This document shows positions 24,421-38,141 of a DNA stretch of 64,000 nt, piece after piece; the first letter of the stretch is position 1; each line of letters opens with the position of its first letter. The DNA lies in the NCBI RefSeq assembly GCF_001194135.2, contig NC_068987.1, forward strand, positions 51,728,660 to 51,792,659, read 5' to 3'. Under the pieces are notes generated by a model that was given only the letters and a program-made list of their open reading frames with translations, did not search any database and was not told the origin of the DNA. Source of the stretch: Octopus bimaculoides (Eukaryota). A program made the position numbers and the translations under genes.

Positions 24421-27349
24421 ACGCTAGCCACGTCGGAATAGCTTTGTTTTGTTGTTGGCATCGTTAAGTTTTCCGCTTGTTATTCTTTTATATTTGATGT
24501 TTGTTGTTGATGGTGGTGCTGTCGTTACTTTTTTCCTGGTGACGTTGTTTATGTTGTCTTCCACGTTGTTTTGTTTACCGTATCCCCCTTTTTAATGATG
24601 ATGATGATGATTGACAGACCATATATGTGGGTGTGTATGCTTATTTCAGCAACCAGATTGTTTTTGCAAGCTTAGTGGTTATTAGTTTAATAACTTTTGA
24701 TGAAACTGTATTCTTTTGACCATTTTGATTATTGATATATAGATAGAACTGAATTTGCTGGGCTAAGAGAGGACTATTTTATTTGCTATACATTTGTCCC
24801 TCCTACGTTGAGAGTTATTTATTATAGGCATCTTCTTATCAAACAGAGGACGCTATCGAAAAGTGTAGTATTGCACACAATTTTTCTTGGTTCGTTTCTC
24901 TAGCACTTTCCATTGTGGTTGTTATATTAATTGCAAAAAATATATTGACAAAACAAATTACATGTAAAATGGCAAATATTCTCAGAGTGTTATATAGAAT
25001 GATTTACGGCATCCCAAATCTTTGTGCTGTGTATTCTAACCAAGTTTAGAAATGTGTCTTACACTATTTTGGGGTCGATGAAACGAGCACCAATCCAGGG
25101 TGGTAGATCAGCGCAAGTGTAAAAACATCGGAGTGAATGTAGAGCAGTAATTGCTACGGTTTCATAGTCCGAACACCATTATAACCATCGATGGTGGTAT
25201 ACTTAGCGTCTTTACTAGTTTACCAAATTCTTACACTTCGCGTGTCATTTTGCGGAGTGCACTCTGTTAAAGCTTTCATAGAAGCTTTACGGTACCTTTC
25301 ATTCCCTCATAAGTATCGAAGCCTTAATGAGGGTGCTTGGGCGCTAACCTTCCATCCTGGATAAAACGGAATATATTGCACATAGTAATATTCGCTGTAC
25401 GGTAAGATAAAATTTGAAACGCTTTAACAAATATTAATTCACAATTATAAGTTTATATTTTCATAGTTCATGACTATATATAAAGCCACATTGGGGTGGA
25501 TGTTTTCAATGTTAATTAAAATTTGTAGGTCCTTTCTAACGACGCCTGATTACTTGGCGCTCTCCGTCATTCATTGTATTGATTACTCACCAATATTACG
25601 ATAGAAAGTTGATATTATGCCAAGGGTTAACAGTTTCACCAACCATCTTCACAGTAACATTTGTATTTCTCAATTCCACATAAAGGGCAAAACTTGTGCG
25701 ACTTCCCAGTCGTAAAACCACTAAATACAGTACTTTAGAATACATATATTTATTAGATTATTCTATTATCTTTCATGAATTCATTTTTCCGTTTAAAGGA
25801 CTCTATATTATGTGAGATAATGTTCAAGAATTGACCTGGTGTAGAGGGAAGTTTGGAATTTTAATCTAGATTCTCACGCGAGTAAAACTGAATGATATCT
25901 CCCATGCTCATAAAAATTTTACTTGAACTCCGTGTGCTTGAACGCTATATTTGCTGCGAGGGTGGAAGATATCCTTGAAATTATGGTTACTTTGAAATGA
26001 AAAAATATAGTGCCGTATTTATCTTCTTTCAAACATTGCTCTATATGCCTTACTATTCCTCTGATTATAACCTGTACCGCAGATGACGTAATGTTAAAAA
26101 CTGAGGCGAGAAGTAGGAATGGAATGATACATTGTATTTAAATTATAAATGCATATATTATGAGGCATTAGAGATAAAATAACTTGAAAATAACATCGTT
26201 GATTTAATCAATATTTTGTCGATTCTCAATTCGAAATGTTTCTGACGTTATCATCATCAAATTAGAAACGAAACTGTTGAAAAGAAATAGGCTCACGAGA
26301 AATAGCGGACAATGACTTACATTTTAAGGAAATATCAGTTGGCTGTATATATGCAAGAATATGACAAAGAAACAATGAAGAGAAGTCAGTGGGCTTCATG
26401 TCCTAATATCCACAGTGCATTTATTATAATCGTAGAAAGATAGGAAAGCACTAGAAGTGATGAGAAGATTATACATACAGACACCAAGGTCAATGTGGGA
26501 AACATGACAAATATGACAAACATTAGCTAAAAGAAAAGTAATTGAGAAGTTAAACAGTTTGTTTTTAATACAAATAGAAATCACAGCAAGAGAGGAACAA
26601 TGTTATTTACTGAATAATAGTAGAAAGGGAAATCCTTTTTTTATGGCTGCGCAAGAATAAACGTGTAGAAAGTAAATAAACAACAATCGTTGGATCAAAA
26701 TTGTGAAAAGAAAAAAAAGAAAAAACGAAAACAAAGAGCTTGCTGCCCTCGTCGTCATATGTCTCATAAACTTAACAGACGCTTAAGTTGTTTAGCGTGT
26801 GACTGATATAAAATGATAGAAAGACACCATATAAAAGAAGACATACAATCGTAGAAAAACATTACTCTGGTGGTTAGTAGGAAAATTGGATTCCAAGTAC
26901 ATGAACAATTGTGCCATAATAAGCGAGAGGTTATAGCTTCTGAATAGAACAGCATCACATGGGATTTGCCCCAATAAACCAACAATGAAAACAGGAAGCA
27001 AAACGAGAAAGAGACAAACAATATTCGTCAAGTATTATCATATGCAGGGCATGAAGAATGCTTGAGGACAGTTAATTATCAGAATACTACTCTATCTCCT
27101 CAAACAAATTAAACGATGTTTATTACTCTAAGAATTCCCATAACACATGAAATGGTAATAGATGAAATGAAAAGATATGCATTTGTTGTTACTATCTGTG
27201 TGCAACACAGTGATTTAGAAATTGTCAACATTTTAAACCGTGCGGGAGCTTTAGTACACAATGTTCGGATGAGTTTCTAAACCGCTAGCGGGAATGTTTC
27301 TTCTCTATCAATGAGAAAGAATATTCTAAACTTTCGGACGTTCTACGGA

Positions 27350-28172
27350 CACCGCAATTCAGCGCACAGCTTCAAATCATTATCGATGACGACACCGAAA
27401 AATGATTAGATGAGACATCACCAATGAATGTCAGCAGTTGGAATGTACTGTAAAATCTATGTTGCACGAGCCCATTCGACAGAAGCCGCATGTACTGATG
27501 AGATGTAAGTATATTTATGTCTCCAAAAGCACAAGAAAACTGTTTGGCTGATACCAAGAGGATACTTGTCAGGGCTAAAAACTTTCATGACAAGGCATGC
27601 ATTTGTTCTTCTCTGACAAGAAAGATTCGACCAAGACCACGAGTTTAAAAGAGTAAACGAGAAATTGTTACGTGCAGGTGCTTCCGCAGCTGTGATGGTT
27701 TTAGGTGTAGTGTGTACCAAATGTCATATCATGCTCCTGGCATCTTTCTTAGGGATGTTCGAATTTATGCTGCTAGTATTGGGAACAGTTGTTAAACACG
27801 GACAGATGAAGTATGCAGTGGAGCTATAAGTCTTTCAGTAAGACTCAGCACCTTTTAGAAAGTCCCGACTAACTAAAGAATGGGTCTCAAACAATCTTTA
27901 CTTTCATGTGACGCAAAACCTGTTGTGTCCAAACTCGTCAGATTTATATCCAATATATTGTTACTATTGAAGCAATGGATTGCTACATTTGGAGCAATGA
28001 CATATATCATAGCTCCTCACAATGTCATAGCTTCTCACAATGCCACAACTTCTCTGAAGACCCACATTATCTGGTATGCGAAATAAATAAGGACCATTTA
28101 GTACAGATATGTCAACGATTCTTTTGCAGAAGTATCACAGTCATCGGTGCTGAAGGTGGATTCGTAGAATAA
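27350..28172 (+). mobile_element. Decayed maT/DD37D-like transposase
   Basis: FDQDHEF, ASAAVMVLGVV, VFQ*DSAP, PNSSDLYP, QRFFCRSITVIGAEGGFVE*; same family signature as 34185-34957. Confidence 0.75.
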
Positions 28173-28710
28173 TGCTATAAGAAGTCTTATTTATATCATG
28201 CGAACGAATTCTTCTAAAAAATACATCTAGGTTGTGCCTGATGAGAGTTGCTTTATTATATTTCGTTAAAAACCTCTCGCAATCTGAAGTTTTCTGTATT
28301 ATAAGGATACAGGTGCGAAAATAGAATCACGTCATGTTTTTCAGAAATAATTGCTTACAAAGTAGTTCGGAATCTAGAATATCGAATGCAAGTATCGATA
28401 TTAATACGACTCACCGCATAGCAGCTAGTACTATGAAACAAATGTCAATAACAAAATGGCACCAAAATGGAAGTATGTTCATTAGACCTGCAAGTCATCT
28501 CAGAACTCTCACCCGAAGAAAGAAGTACAGAAAACTGAAAATAATACAAACCATTTATATTAATTGTATTCGTTCAGAAGTCAGCGAAATTGCAGAATCA
28601 TTAGCACGCCGGGCAAAATACTTAACAGTATTTCGTCCCTCGAGGAAAGTTGTCACCGAACCTCGAGATAAAATACCTGCTGAATATATAATAGCATGCA
28701 GTTTCGAATC

Positions 28711-28776
<66 letters not shown>
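28711..28776. repeat. (AAT)n microsatellite, 5' flank of R4/Dong copy 1
   Basis: 22 AAT units directly joined to RT sequence. Confidence 0.95.
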
Positions 28777-28779
<3 letters not shown>

Positions 28780-30571
28780 CTACAGACAGTACACGGCTTT
28801 ACCAAGGAAATAGATATGAAATTCGGATTACAAAAATGTGCCAAAGCAACCCTGAAAAGAGGAAAATTAGTTAAANNNNNNNNNNNNNNNNNNNNNNNNN
28901 NNNNNNNNNNNNNNNNNNNNNNNNNNNNNNNNNNNNNNNNNNNNNNNNNNNNNNNNNNNNNNNNNNNNNNNNNNNNNNNNNNNNNNNNNNNNNNNNNNNN
29001 NNNNNNNNNNNNNNNNNNNNNNNNNNNNNNNNNNNNNNNNNNNNNNNNNNNNNNNNNNNNNNNNNNNNNNNNNNNNNNNNNNNNNNNNNNNNNNNNNNNN
29101 NNNNNNNNNNNNNNNNNNNNNNNNNNNNNNNNNNNNNNNNNNNNNNNNNNNNNNNNNNNNNNNNNNNNNNNNNNNNNNNNNNNNNNNNNNNNNNNNNNNN
29201 NNNNNNNNNNNNNNNNNNNNNNNNNNNNNNNNNNNNNNNNNNNNNNNNNNNNNNNNNNNNNNNNNNNNNNNNNNNNNNNNNNNNNNNNNNNNNNNNNNNN
29301 NNNNNNNNNNNNNNNNNNNNNNNNNNNNNNNNNNNNNNNNNNNNNNNNNNNNNNNNNNNNNNNNNNNNNNNNNNNNNNNNNNNNNNNNNNNNNNNNNNNN
29401 NNNNNNNNNNNNNNNNNNNNNNNNNNNNNNNNNNNNNNNNNNNNNNNNNNNNNNNNNNNNNNNNNNNNNNNNNNNNNNNNNNNNNNNNNNNNNNNNNNNN
29501 NNNNNNNNNNNNNNTATAAAACAAATGAAATCCAAACTAAAACTAGAACAGCAACGGACCATGATAAAACGATGGCAAGAAAAGCCTCTACATGGTAAAT
29601 ACTGGGCTACACTAAATGCGAAAGAAATAGACTGAGAAAAATCCCAGCAATGGCTGAGAAGACCAGGACTCAAAGCAGAGACTGAAAGATTTTTAATTAC
29701 TGCACAAGACCAAAGCCTCCCCACCAGAAATGACCAAACACACATAATTAAAAGAAATATAACAAGTAGCTGTAGAATATGTGGAGATGGACAAGAAACA
29801 ATAAATCATATTATCTCTGGCTGCCCAGTCCTGGCTAAGAAGGAATATATTCACAGACACGACAGAGCTGGAACCTATATACACTGGAAGCTATGCCAAC
29901 ACTATGGAATAACAACAGAAAAAAGATGGTATAAACACATGCCAGAAAAGGTCACAGACAACGAGAAAGCAACCATACTCTGGGATATGCCAATACACAC
30001 AGATAGAGAAATTAAGGCAAATAGACCAGATATAGTTGTCAAAGATCATGAAGAAAAAAAATGCTTTNNNNNNNNNNNNNNNNNNNNNNNNNNNNNNNNN
30101 NNNNNNNNNNNNNNNNNNNNNNNNNNNNNNNNNNNNNNNNNNNNNNNNNNNNNNNNNNNNNNNNNNNNNNNNNNNNNNNNNNNNNNNNNNNNNNNNNNNN
30201 NNNNNNNNNNNNNNNNNNNNNNNNNNNNNNNNNNNNNNNNNNNNNNNNNNNNNNNNNNNNNNNNNNNNNNNNNNNNNNNNNNNNNNNNNNNNNNNNNNNN
30301 NNNNNNNNNNNNNNNNNNNNNNNNNNNNNNNNNNNNNNNNNNNNNNNATAACAAAAAAATATTCAGACAAATACATAACAAAGACACCAGGACTTACAAA
30401 TATATATAACATACAGAAAATTTAACTACTGGGTACTGCACACATTCTACGCAAAACACTTTCAATACAGTAAACATAAGAGCACCACAGCAAACCACAG
30501 CACATACCCAAGGTGCACAGAGCTGCGCTCGGTAGTGAAGTGAAAGCACGTTATAAAAATAAAACTACTGA
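28777..30571 (+). mobile_element. 5'-truncated R4/Dong-like RLE LINE (copy 1; two N gaps)
   Basis: KLQTVHGFTKEIDMKFGLQKCAKATLKRGK (late RT), CRICGDGQETINHIISGCPVLAKKEYIHRHD (CCHC), WDMPIHTDREIKANRPDIVV (RLE), 3' end ...GTAGTGAAGTGAAAGCACGTTATAAAAATAAAACTACTGA followed by (AAT)n. Confidence 0.92.
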
Positions 30572-30573
30572 AC

Positions 30574-30615
<42 letters not shown>

Positions 30616-30638
30616 TACAACAACAACAACAACAACAA

Positions 30639-31060
30639 CTATCCAATGGGATTATGTAATGCATTCATGAAAATAAATGCTAACAGAACAGACATCATCA
30701 TTAGATAGAAAGATCCCTAAAGAAGATGGCTGTTAAGTGAAATGACAGAGCCTACTGATAGAAACATTTCAGCAAAGGAATTTAAAGACCTGTCGAAATA
30801 TAAGGACCTTGAGATTGCGATATCAAGGATGTAGCAATTAAAAACCAGAACCATCTCTGTTGTTAGTGCTATGGCAATGATAAAGAAAAGCACTGACAAA
30901 TGTTTTGACCAGATCTCTGGGAAACCAACATTCTATAAGACTCAAAACATTATGTTGACATCAGACACTCATATTCTCAGGAAGTTCCTCTCCACGTGTC
31001 TTAGGTCTCCAGTCGAGAGCCGGTCGGAAGATGAGATAAAATAAAAATTCAAATGGAAAA
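30639..31060 (+). mobile_element. R4-like RLE fragment of a second, older subfamily
   Basis: TIQWDY..NANRTDIII...PTDRNISAKEFKDLSKYKDLEIAISRM*QLKT...HILRKFLS with a different 3' UTR; starts right after the (AAT)n(AAC)n tail of copy 1. Confidence 0.8.
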
Positions 31061-31391
31061 TGATAACAATAATAAGAATGAAAATAAAAATAACAAAGAA
31101 GAAGAATGAGAAGAATGAGTATGAAAATGAGAGTGGTGAGTTGTGTTTTCTACCACACTTCCTCCGATTTCTATATCACTTTCTCGCTTATAACTGTTAT
31201 ATCTTACGCCTATATCTATATAGCCCTTTCATGAGAGATAAAAAAAAAAACAGCGTGAGATATCGAGCTATACACTGCAATAATGAGAACGACATATAGA
31301 AACACACACAAACACACACACACACACACATATACACGAGTAAGCACATAAATGTAAACGATGGAAGAAAATAGTACTCGAATACCGGATA

Positions 31392-31434
31392 CAGAGAGAG
31401 AGAGAAGGGGGCAGAGGGGGAGAGAGAATGAGAG

Positions 31435-31530
<96 letters not shown>
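31392..31530. repeat. (AG)n microsatellite
   Basis: Directly visible. Confidence 0.95.
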
Positions 31531-31531
<1 letters not shown>

Positions 31532-32994
31532 AATACACAACGATAAAGAGGTCGATAAATAATGATACAGAAAAGTAAAGGAAAATATATTGAGAGCAAG
31601 ACACAGAAAGAGAACGCTATGTAAAATGCTATATAGAAATACACAGATTTATAGCAATGCGAAATGATAGAGAAAGAAAGGAAGTAAGAAATGCACTGGT
31701 GATTACATCATGCGTTTATTGCTTGCTATTTTAATTAGCTAATCAGATTGATCACAATTGACTAGGTGACTAGGAACTGGTCTGAATCTATTTACAAAGA
31801 TAGAACTGATTAATTTTAAATACGATCCTTTCCATCTCATCAAATGTCACCTGTCTGTTATATAACCGTGCGCCAATATCGATTACACACATTTAAGCAT
31901 TACTATTATCATTTCTGCGTCTTACCTTAACTACACAACACGCTCCGTTTTCCGAGTTGATGTTTCATTGATTCATTGATAGACAGAAATAAAGATAAAT
32001 TTGATCAACGTTGAATTTATTTTCAGGCATTAATTTTGCTTTTCACCTTAATTCGTCATTAACATATTGCTTTTACTCCCAACCCAAATTCACATAGATA
32101 ACACACACACACTCTGTCTGTCTGTCTGTCTGTCAGTCTGTCTCTTTCTCTCTGTAGCTGTCTGTCTCTGTCTCCCTCCCTCTCTGTCTGTCTGTCTGTC
32201 TGCCTGTCTGTGTCTTTCCCCCCCACACGCAATCTATCTCTGTATTTTTCTCGCCCTCATTTAGTCGTATTATTCCATTCACATGTTTATTACTCCATTT
32301 CCTAGATTCTCATTGCATCTCCCGTGATTTAATGCTTTCCTTATCAAAAAGAAATACAAAATAAACATAGACACAATAACAAAAATAAACACCATATACA
32401 AAACCGAAAACATGATATTGAATTAATTCGGAAAAATAATTAGAGACAAAACGGAAGAAAAGCAAGAGCATTAAATATTTTTGTTGATTTATGCATACTT
32501 GTCTGTTTGGACGTATATATTTATGTACGTATGCGCATGCAAGATTTTCTGTATCTAAGAAATTTTTTAAAAAGGAGAGAAACGTCAAAAATTTAACATT
32601 TACATACGTACATACATACATACATACATTAAATGTGAGAACTTGTTCACATAATAAGAACTAAACCTCCTGATCTATTTTCTATTTTATATGTACTTCG
32701 TGACCTATACATACATAAAGTTCGTGAGATCATGAAATTTGGTCTACAGCAAATGTCCTGCTCATAGTTTTCCGTTTGAATATACAATTAGAAGGATGAA
32801 ATTCTAACTAAATGTAATTATTCATGCAGTATAAATTTAAATCGAATTATATAAATAATTACATATGGCTGTGCGTATATGCATGGACATTTATGTCATA
32901 TTATGTATGGTTGAGTACTTATGTGCCTCAATACGTATTGTATACAAGAATCTTAAATCTATGTTAATGGGAAAGATGTATTGTTCGTCTTGTT

Positions 32995-33200
32995 TGAGCC
33001 AAATAAACACACGCACCTTTATTACTGTTCTTATTTTATTATTTTATCTCATGTCCATCGTCCGCAAATCTTTCGTCACACACCTGTGACCTCTTCAGCG
33101 ACACTTTTTGTTTTCGGGTGTGTTCTTGCTCTACTTACTCCATTCTGTTCTTCTAAGATGTATATCCGTGTGTGCCTGTGCGTTTGTGTCCTTGTTTGTG
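32995..33200 (-). mobile_element. PLE terminal-repeat-like element containing a hammerhead motif (33060-33104)
   Basis: Homologous to 53190-53410 (+) and, around the motif, to 63345-63470 (-). Core GTGTCG-CTGAAGA-G-GTCACA-GGTG-TGTGAC-GAAA-GATTTG-CGGAC; position 17 is G, so probably inactive. Confidence 0.7.
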
Positions 33201-33849
33201 TGTGCGCGTCTGTGCGTGTGCGTTTATGTGTGTGTTTATGTTTGTGTATGTGTGTTCATGTTTGTGTGTGCGTGCGTTTATGCTTGTGTGTGTGTGTCAT
33301 AATTCTTAGAAGCATTGTGACATTCCCCTCAGCCCCATCCTCTCACCCCATTGTGCTGCTGTTCCTCTATTTCTCTCTGAATGCGTGTTCGCCTACGGTG
33401 TTGCTATTGTAGTACTAGTTGTGGTTGTTATTGACATCGTTGGCACAGCCGCTGCTACTGACCGCGTTATTTGTGTTGTTGGCATTGTTATGGCTGTCCA
33501 TAAAGTATCGTGAGTGTGTTTGTGTGTGTGTGTATGGGTTCACTTCGTTTGTATCCTTGCCCTTTATATAGTTTTATAAATATATTTTATCTATTTCTGT
33601 CTTACATTTATCACAGGTGTGTGGCAGATATTTGTTTACATTTATTTATGTATCTATCTATATATATATTTATTTATTTACTTATTTTTGATATAAATTT
33701 ATCTCTGTTTCTCACAAGTATCACACGTAAGTGCATATATGTCTATTGTGTATATTTCTGTGTACTGTTTACAGTTTTTTCCCTTTCGTTCTCTATTCTC
33801 ATCCTTTCTGTCATTAGATATGTGATGTAGTGTGCTGGTTAGTGTTACT

Positions 33850-34125
33850 ATTCCATTCGTGTCTTCTATTGAGGTTCAATCTGTCTACTGTTATGTGGGT
33901 TGCCTCAGTAAGCTGTCTAAGTGTCGTGTCAGTTTTATGTGTCGATAGTATTTTAACTTATATGCTATTAATCGAGCCTCCATGTTTAACGTCTGCCGGT
34001 TGGTAGAGCACTGACAGACTTTTCCCTTTTTTGAACTCTCGCCAATGTCAACTATATGCTCTCCTATGCTGCGTGTTGTCTCTCCAATTATGTAGTTGCG
34101 ATGCTTCTGCACTGTCACTCACTGC
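33850..34125 (-). mobile_element. PLE GIY-YIG endonuclease C-terminal relic
   Basis: RNYIIGETTRSIGEHIVDI...LNMEARLIAYKL resembles YIGETxR...EH...E...I.KL; same strand as the hammerhead at 33060-33104. Confidence 0.6.
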
Positions 34126-34184
34126 ATCGTAAGCTATACACTACATTCCTAAACTTACAGTTAACCTGTGGTTTCATCCTACAT

Positions 34185-34957
34185 ACAACGTAATTGTACT
34201 CCGAACAGGGTCACTTATCAAAAGGACATGTATTGCAGTCCTTGTGGAAAGAAGTAAGGAAGCATCACATGTTCTCATTGCTATCAACCCCTAAAGCCAT
34301 GACAGCTGCAGGACATTTTGTATGCATAACACTTGGAACTTCAGAAGGGTCTGCACATAACCATCGCTCATTTATTCTGTTAACGTTTTGACCTTGGCCG
34401 AAGTTTTTCTCGTTTGAGGAAAACCAAATCACATCTGCTAGATTTTTCATTTTGTTTCAGAGCCTTTTCGTATGATGCAGTGATTCTCTTTTACTTTTTC
34501 GGACAAATTAACCTTTCCTCATCAAAGACTTATTATCTGATGTTTTCGTGGACAACATTTCTGACTGTTCCTTGTGACATATTGAGATCTTTTGCAATTG
34601 ACCTGATGGACTTTCTAGGATTGTAATCAATGGTCTGTTGAACTTGCTGGATACATTCAGGTGTTCTGATGATTTCAGAGCGTTTAGGATGCTTTTTATG
34701 CTTTGATACTAGTGATAGTTTTCCATCTTCAGTCTCTAGCTTCTTACAAACTTTGTAGATGAAAGATCGGGCAACTTTTAAAAATCGAGATATTTCTAAG
34801 CGCAGTCTTTATAACCACAATGACAGCATTCCCCTTCAGTTCTTGAGGAAACTGAGGGTCGGCTATTATTATTTTTTGAAACAAAGATTATGTAGAATTA
34901 TCAAAAAATGCAGCAATGCCCCCCAAAAGGTATTCCTGAAATACCCTACGCACCCTG
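34185..34957 (-). mobile_element. 5' part of a maT/DD37D-like Tc1/mariner element
   Basis: Single TIR CAGGGTGCGTAGGGTATTTCAGGAATAC with TA at 34958-34959; transposase WFSSNEKNFGQGQNVNRINERWLCADPSEVPSVMHTKCPAAVMALGV; other end lost. Confidence 0.85.
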
Positions 34958-37721
34958 TATATATGTTTACATAGGAGAGTTAGTTTCAAGGGCTGAAAAC
35001 GTGTAGTACTTTTAAAATTATTTTAAAGATTTATTAAAATACCCTCTGACTGGCTCGGACGCGACGGTGTTCCTTCGTCGGGAGGTAGACAAAGCTGCAG
35101 CCCCAGACGCAAGGGAGAACGCAGCAACTGCAAGATAAGGACGCGTGCTGAGCCAGCGACGACAGCTTCTGCACGCATATTTCGACACGATACGTTACAG
35201 CCCGAAATCTCGTTCATTACGGAAACCAACAAGACAGGTTGCTATACCAACTAAGAACGGCCTTGATAGAGCATTACCTCTATCTCGATTCGGGTGGTAG
35301 TGGTTCACCTCTCTATCCTGTCTTCCTAAGTGTTAGCAATAGGCTAATAACAACTCTAAAAATGAATGAAGCGCTCACTTCTTCCTATTAAGCCGGCGAA
35401 CATTTGACAAAGAAATGAGTCTTATCTCTTCTTCGGATAATTAAATTTCATAATTCTTCAGAAAGGAGCCACAGCGTGATTACGAAATGTTTGACAAGAT
35501 TTATCTCTTCCAATATGACTGAAATCAATGCAGCATGCAATATCTCAGTTGTTAGCAAAAACAGCTTATATAGCAAATTTTAGACGTTTTAAAAAATTAT
35601 ATCCAAAAGATGAAACACAAATTAGTTTAAGATTTGAATTAATAAATATTTTCCTGCTATATAGAAATTTACCAAGACATGATTTTTTAATTCCAAATTG
35701 AATTAGCGATCCATCTTAATTTTTTTTTTTTTCATATTACTTGAAATGCATTACATATATATGAATCATGTTTACACAGGTGATCAGAAACATGTCATAT
35801 TTTTAATTAGATATTTGCTTACGCTTAAAAATATGGTTTAATTTTCTTTTAGTTTTTTTCCATATTGAAATACTATGAAAGCCAATGATATACGTGGATG
35901 ATTGCGGAATATATTTGCATTTGTCTGAAATTATTATTTTTATCATCTTACAAAATTGCAATATAATAATGTGATTTTGGTCTTTTTCAATTCATCGCCT
36001 CGTTTAATAGTTAATGAAATACTAAAATTAGATTATTCATTTTACAGAAACTAATTATGTTATAATTACCTAATAAATAAATAAAAATAGGAAAGCATGA
36101 TTGAAATGTTCGAAGACATAGTAAATAAGAAAAGAATTGTATTTGATATTCTATTAGATTCATTAATAGACAACATAAATTAAAAATTAGTTGAATTCTC
36201 AAAGAATTAGGCGTTTTCATTTTCCGCAAAGCATAAAGAGACGCTAAATAATTAAATTATGTTTCGAAAGAACGCACTTAAATGCTTATACACACACATA
36301 CACACACAGACACACACACATACACACACACATACACATGCACACACACATACATACATATATTTATGCGTGTATGTCTATAAGTGTGTGTGTATGTGTG
36401 TAAGTGTGCGTGCGTCTGCGCATGTGTACTGGTGTGTATGTGAGGATATACATATATAACGATATATATGTATTTATATATGAATATATATTCATACATA
36501 TACGTATATAAATAGATAAATATATATATGTGTGTGTGTATTTAATTTACACGGAAAGATCCAGAGAACGAGTTACCGGGGTAGCCAAATATCAGATAAG
36601 CGCCTAAGAAATCGGTTACCACACTTGCATACTTCCATGGGTGATATTATAGTTTCTTACATATATGTAAAATGGCTTATTAATGAACATTGCTATTTAT
36701 AATCTCCCTGATAAGATTGATACATTAATCCACATTATTCTTACTCTAGGATTAATTTTGATGTAACAATCGAAATTATGTCGGTGATATTTTGATGATT
36801 TAAATAATATTTTGCGATTAATATTTTAAAAGATATGAAAACGCTACATAGATATGTATCCAAAATCTGACTTCTTTCTTTTTCTTCGTGTATAAAATCT
36901 TTACATCTCCTGAATCAATTTCCACATACATACATACATGTTTGTATATATGTGCATTTGTTTGATAGCATGTGTGTGCGTCTGCCTTATGTGAGTATTA
37001 TATGTGCAAAGAGGTGGTTTCACATATAACAGTAGCCGAAGTTCAACTTTTTGGTGAGGTGAAGTGAAGAGTGTGTGAGTGCGTTGGTGTTACTGTGTGT
37101 ATATTTATATGTTTGTGAGCATACTTATGAAAATGTGAGCGTGCATGTTTACGTGTGTATGTAAATGCGTGTGTGGGAGGGCATGTGTATAGAGATTTGT
37201 GTATATTTGTGTATGGATATGCGTGTGTGTGTATGTATGTCTGCGAGGGAATGTGATATATATCTATATATCTTTATCTATGTACCTTTATCTATATATA
37301 TGTATATATATCTATAGACAAAGGTAACCTTTCAATTAATATCATTAACCCCGTAAATCCCATACACCATTCACATTACAGATCTAGATCTACCCTAATT
37401 GCACCAAATCCAGAAATTCTTACCTCCCTTACACATAATCTTTTTTGGTGAAAAATTGCAAACGCTGTTTATATTAATTTTACATGTACACATTAGCAAA
37501 TCACTATATCATCCAATTATTTGGATGAAAAAAACATAAATACTAATGACGAAGCGAGTCCAGAAAGAACCGAAGCCGAGCCGAGCTGTCTTAACTGATG
37601 AGGGGAGGGAAATTGTCGAAACTTACGCGTCATTATAAAGAATTCTCGATCGTAAGTTTTCGGACGATTATGGTCCATATCAGTGTATACGTTTCGATTC
37701 ATGTGCGGGTATGCATGTGCA

Positions 37722-37806
<85 letters not shown>

Positions 37807-37833
37807 CTCTATATATACATGTATGTACACACA

Positions 37834-37878
<45 letters not shown>

Positions 37879-38011
37879 TAATAATTAAGTGTACTATAGA
37901 GAGTACCAGCATGCCAAAATAGCACTCAAAATAATTCAAACCACAAGCACAAGTTTTCACTTACACACAAATTATGGACAAGAGTATCCTTGCATATATT
38001 TATATATAGGC

Positions 38012-38141
<130 letters not shown>

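Noticed and set aside
37023-37050. Possible 21-nt microexon (AEVQLFG) with GTGAGG donor
   Set aside because: Weak acceptor, no partner exons; such matches arise by chance.
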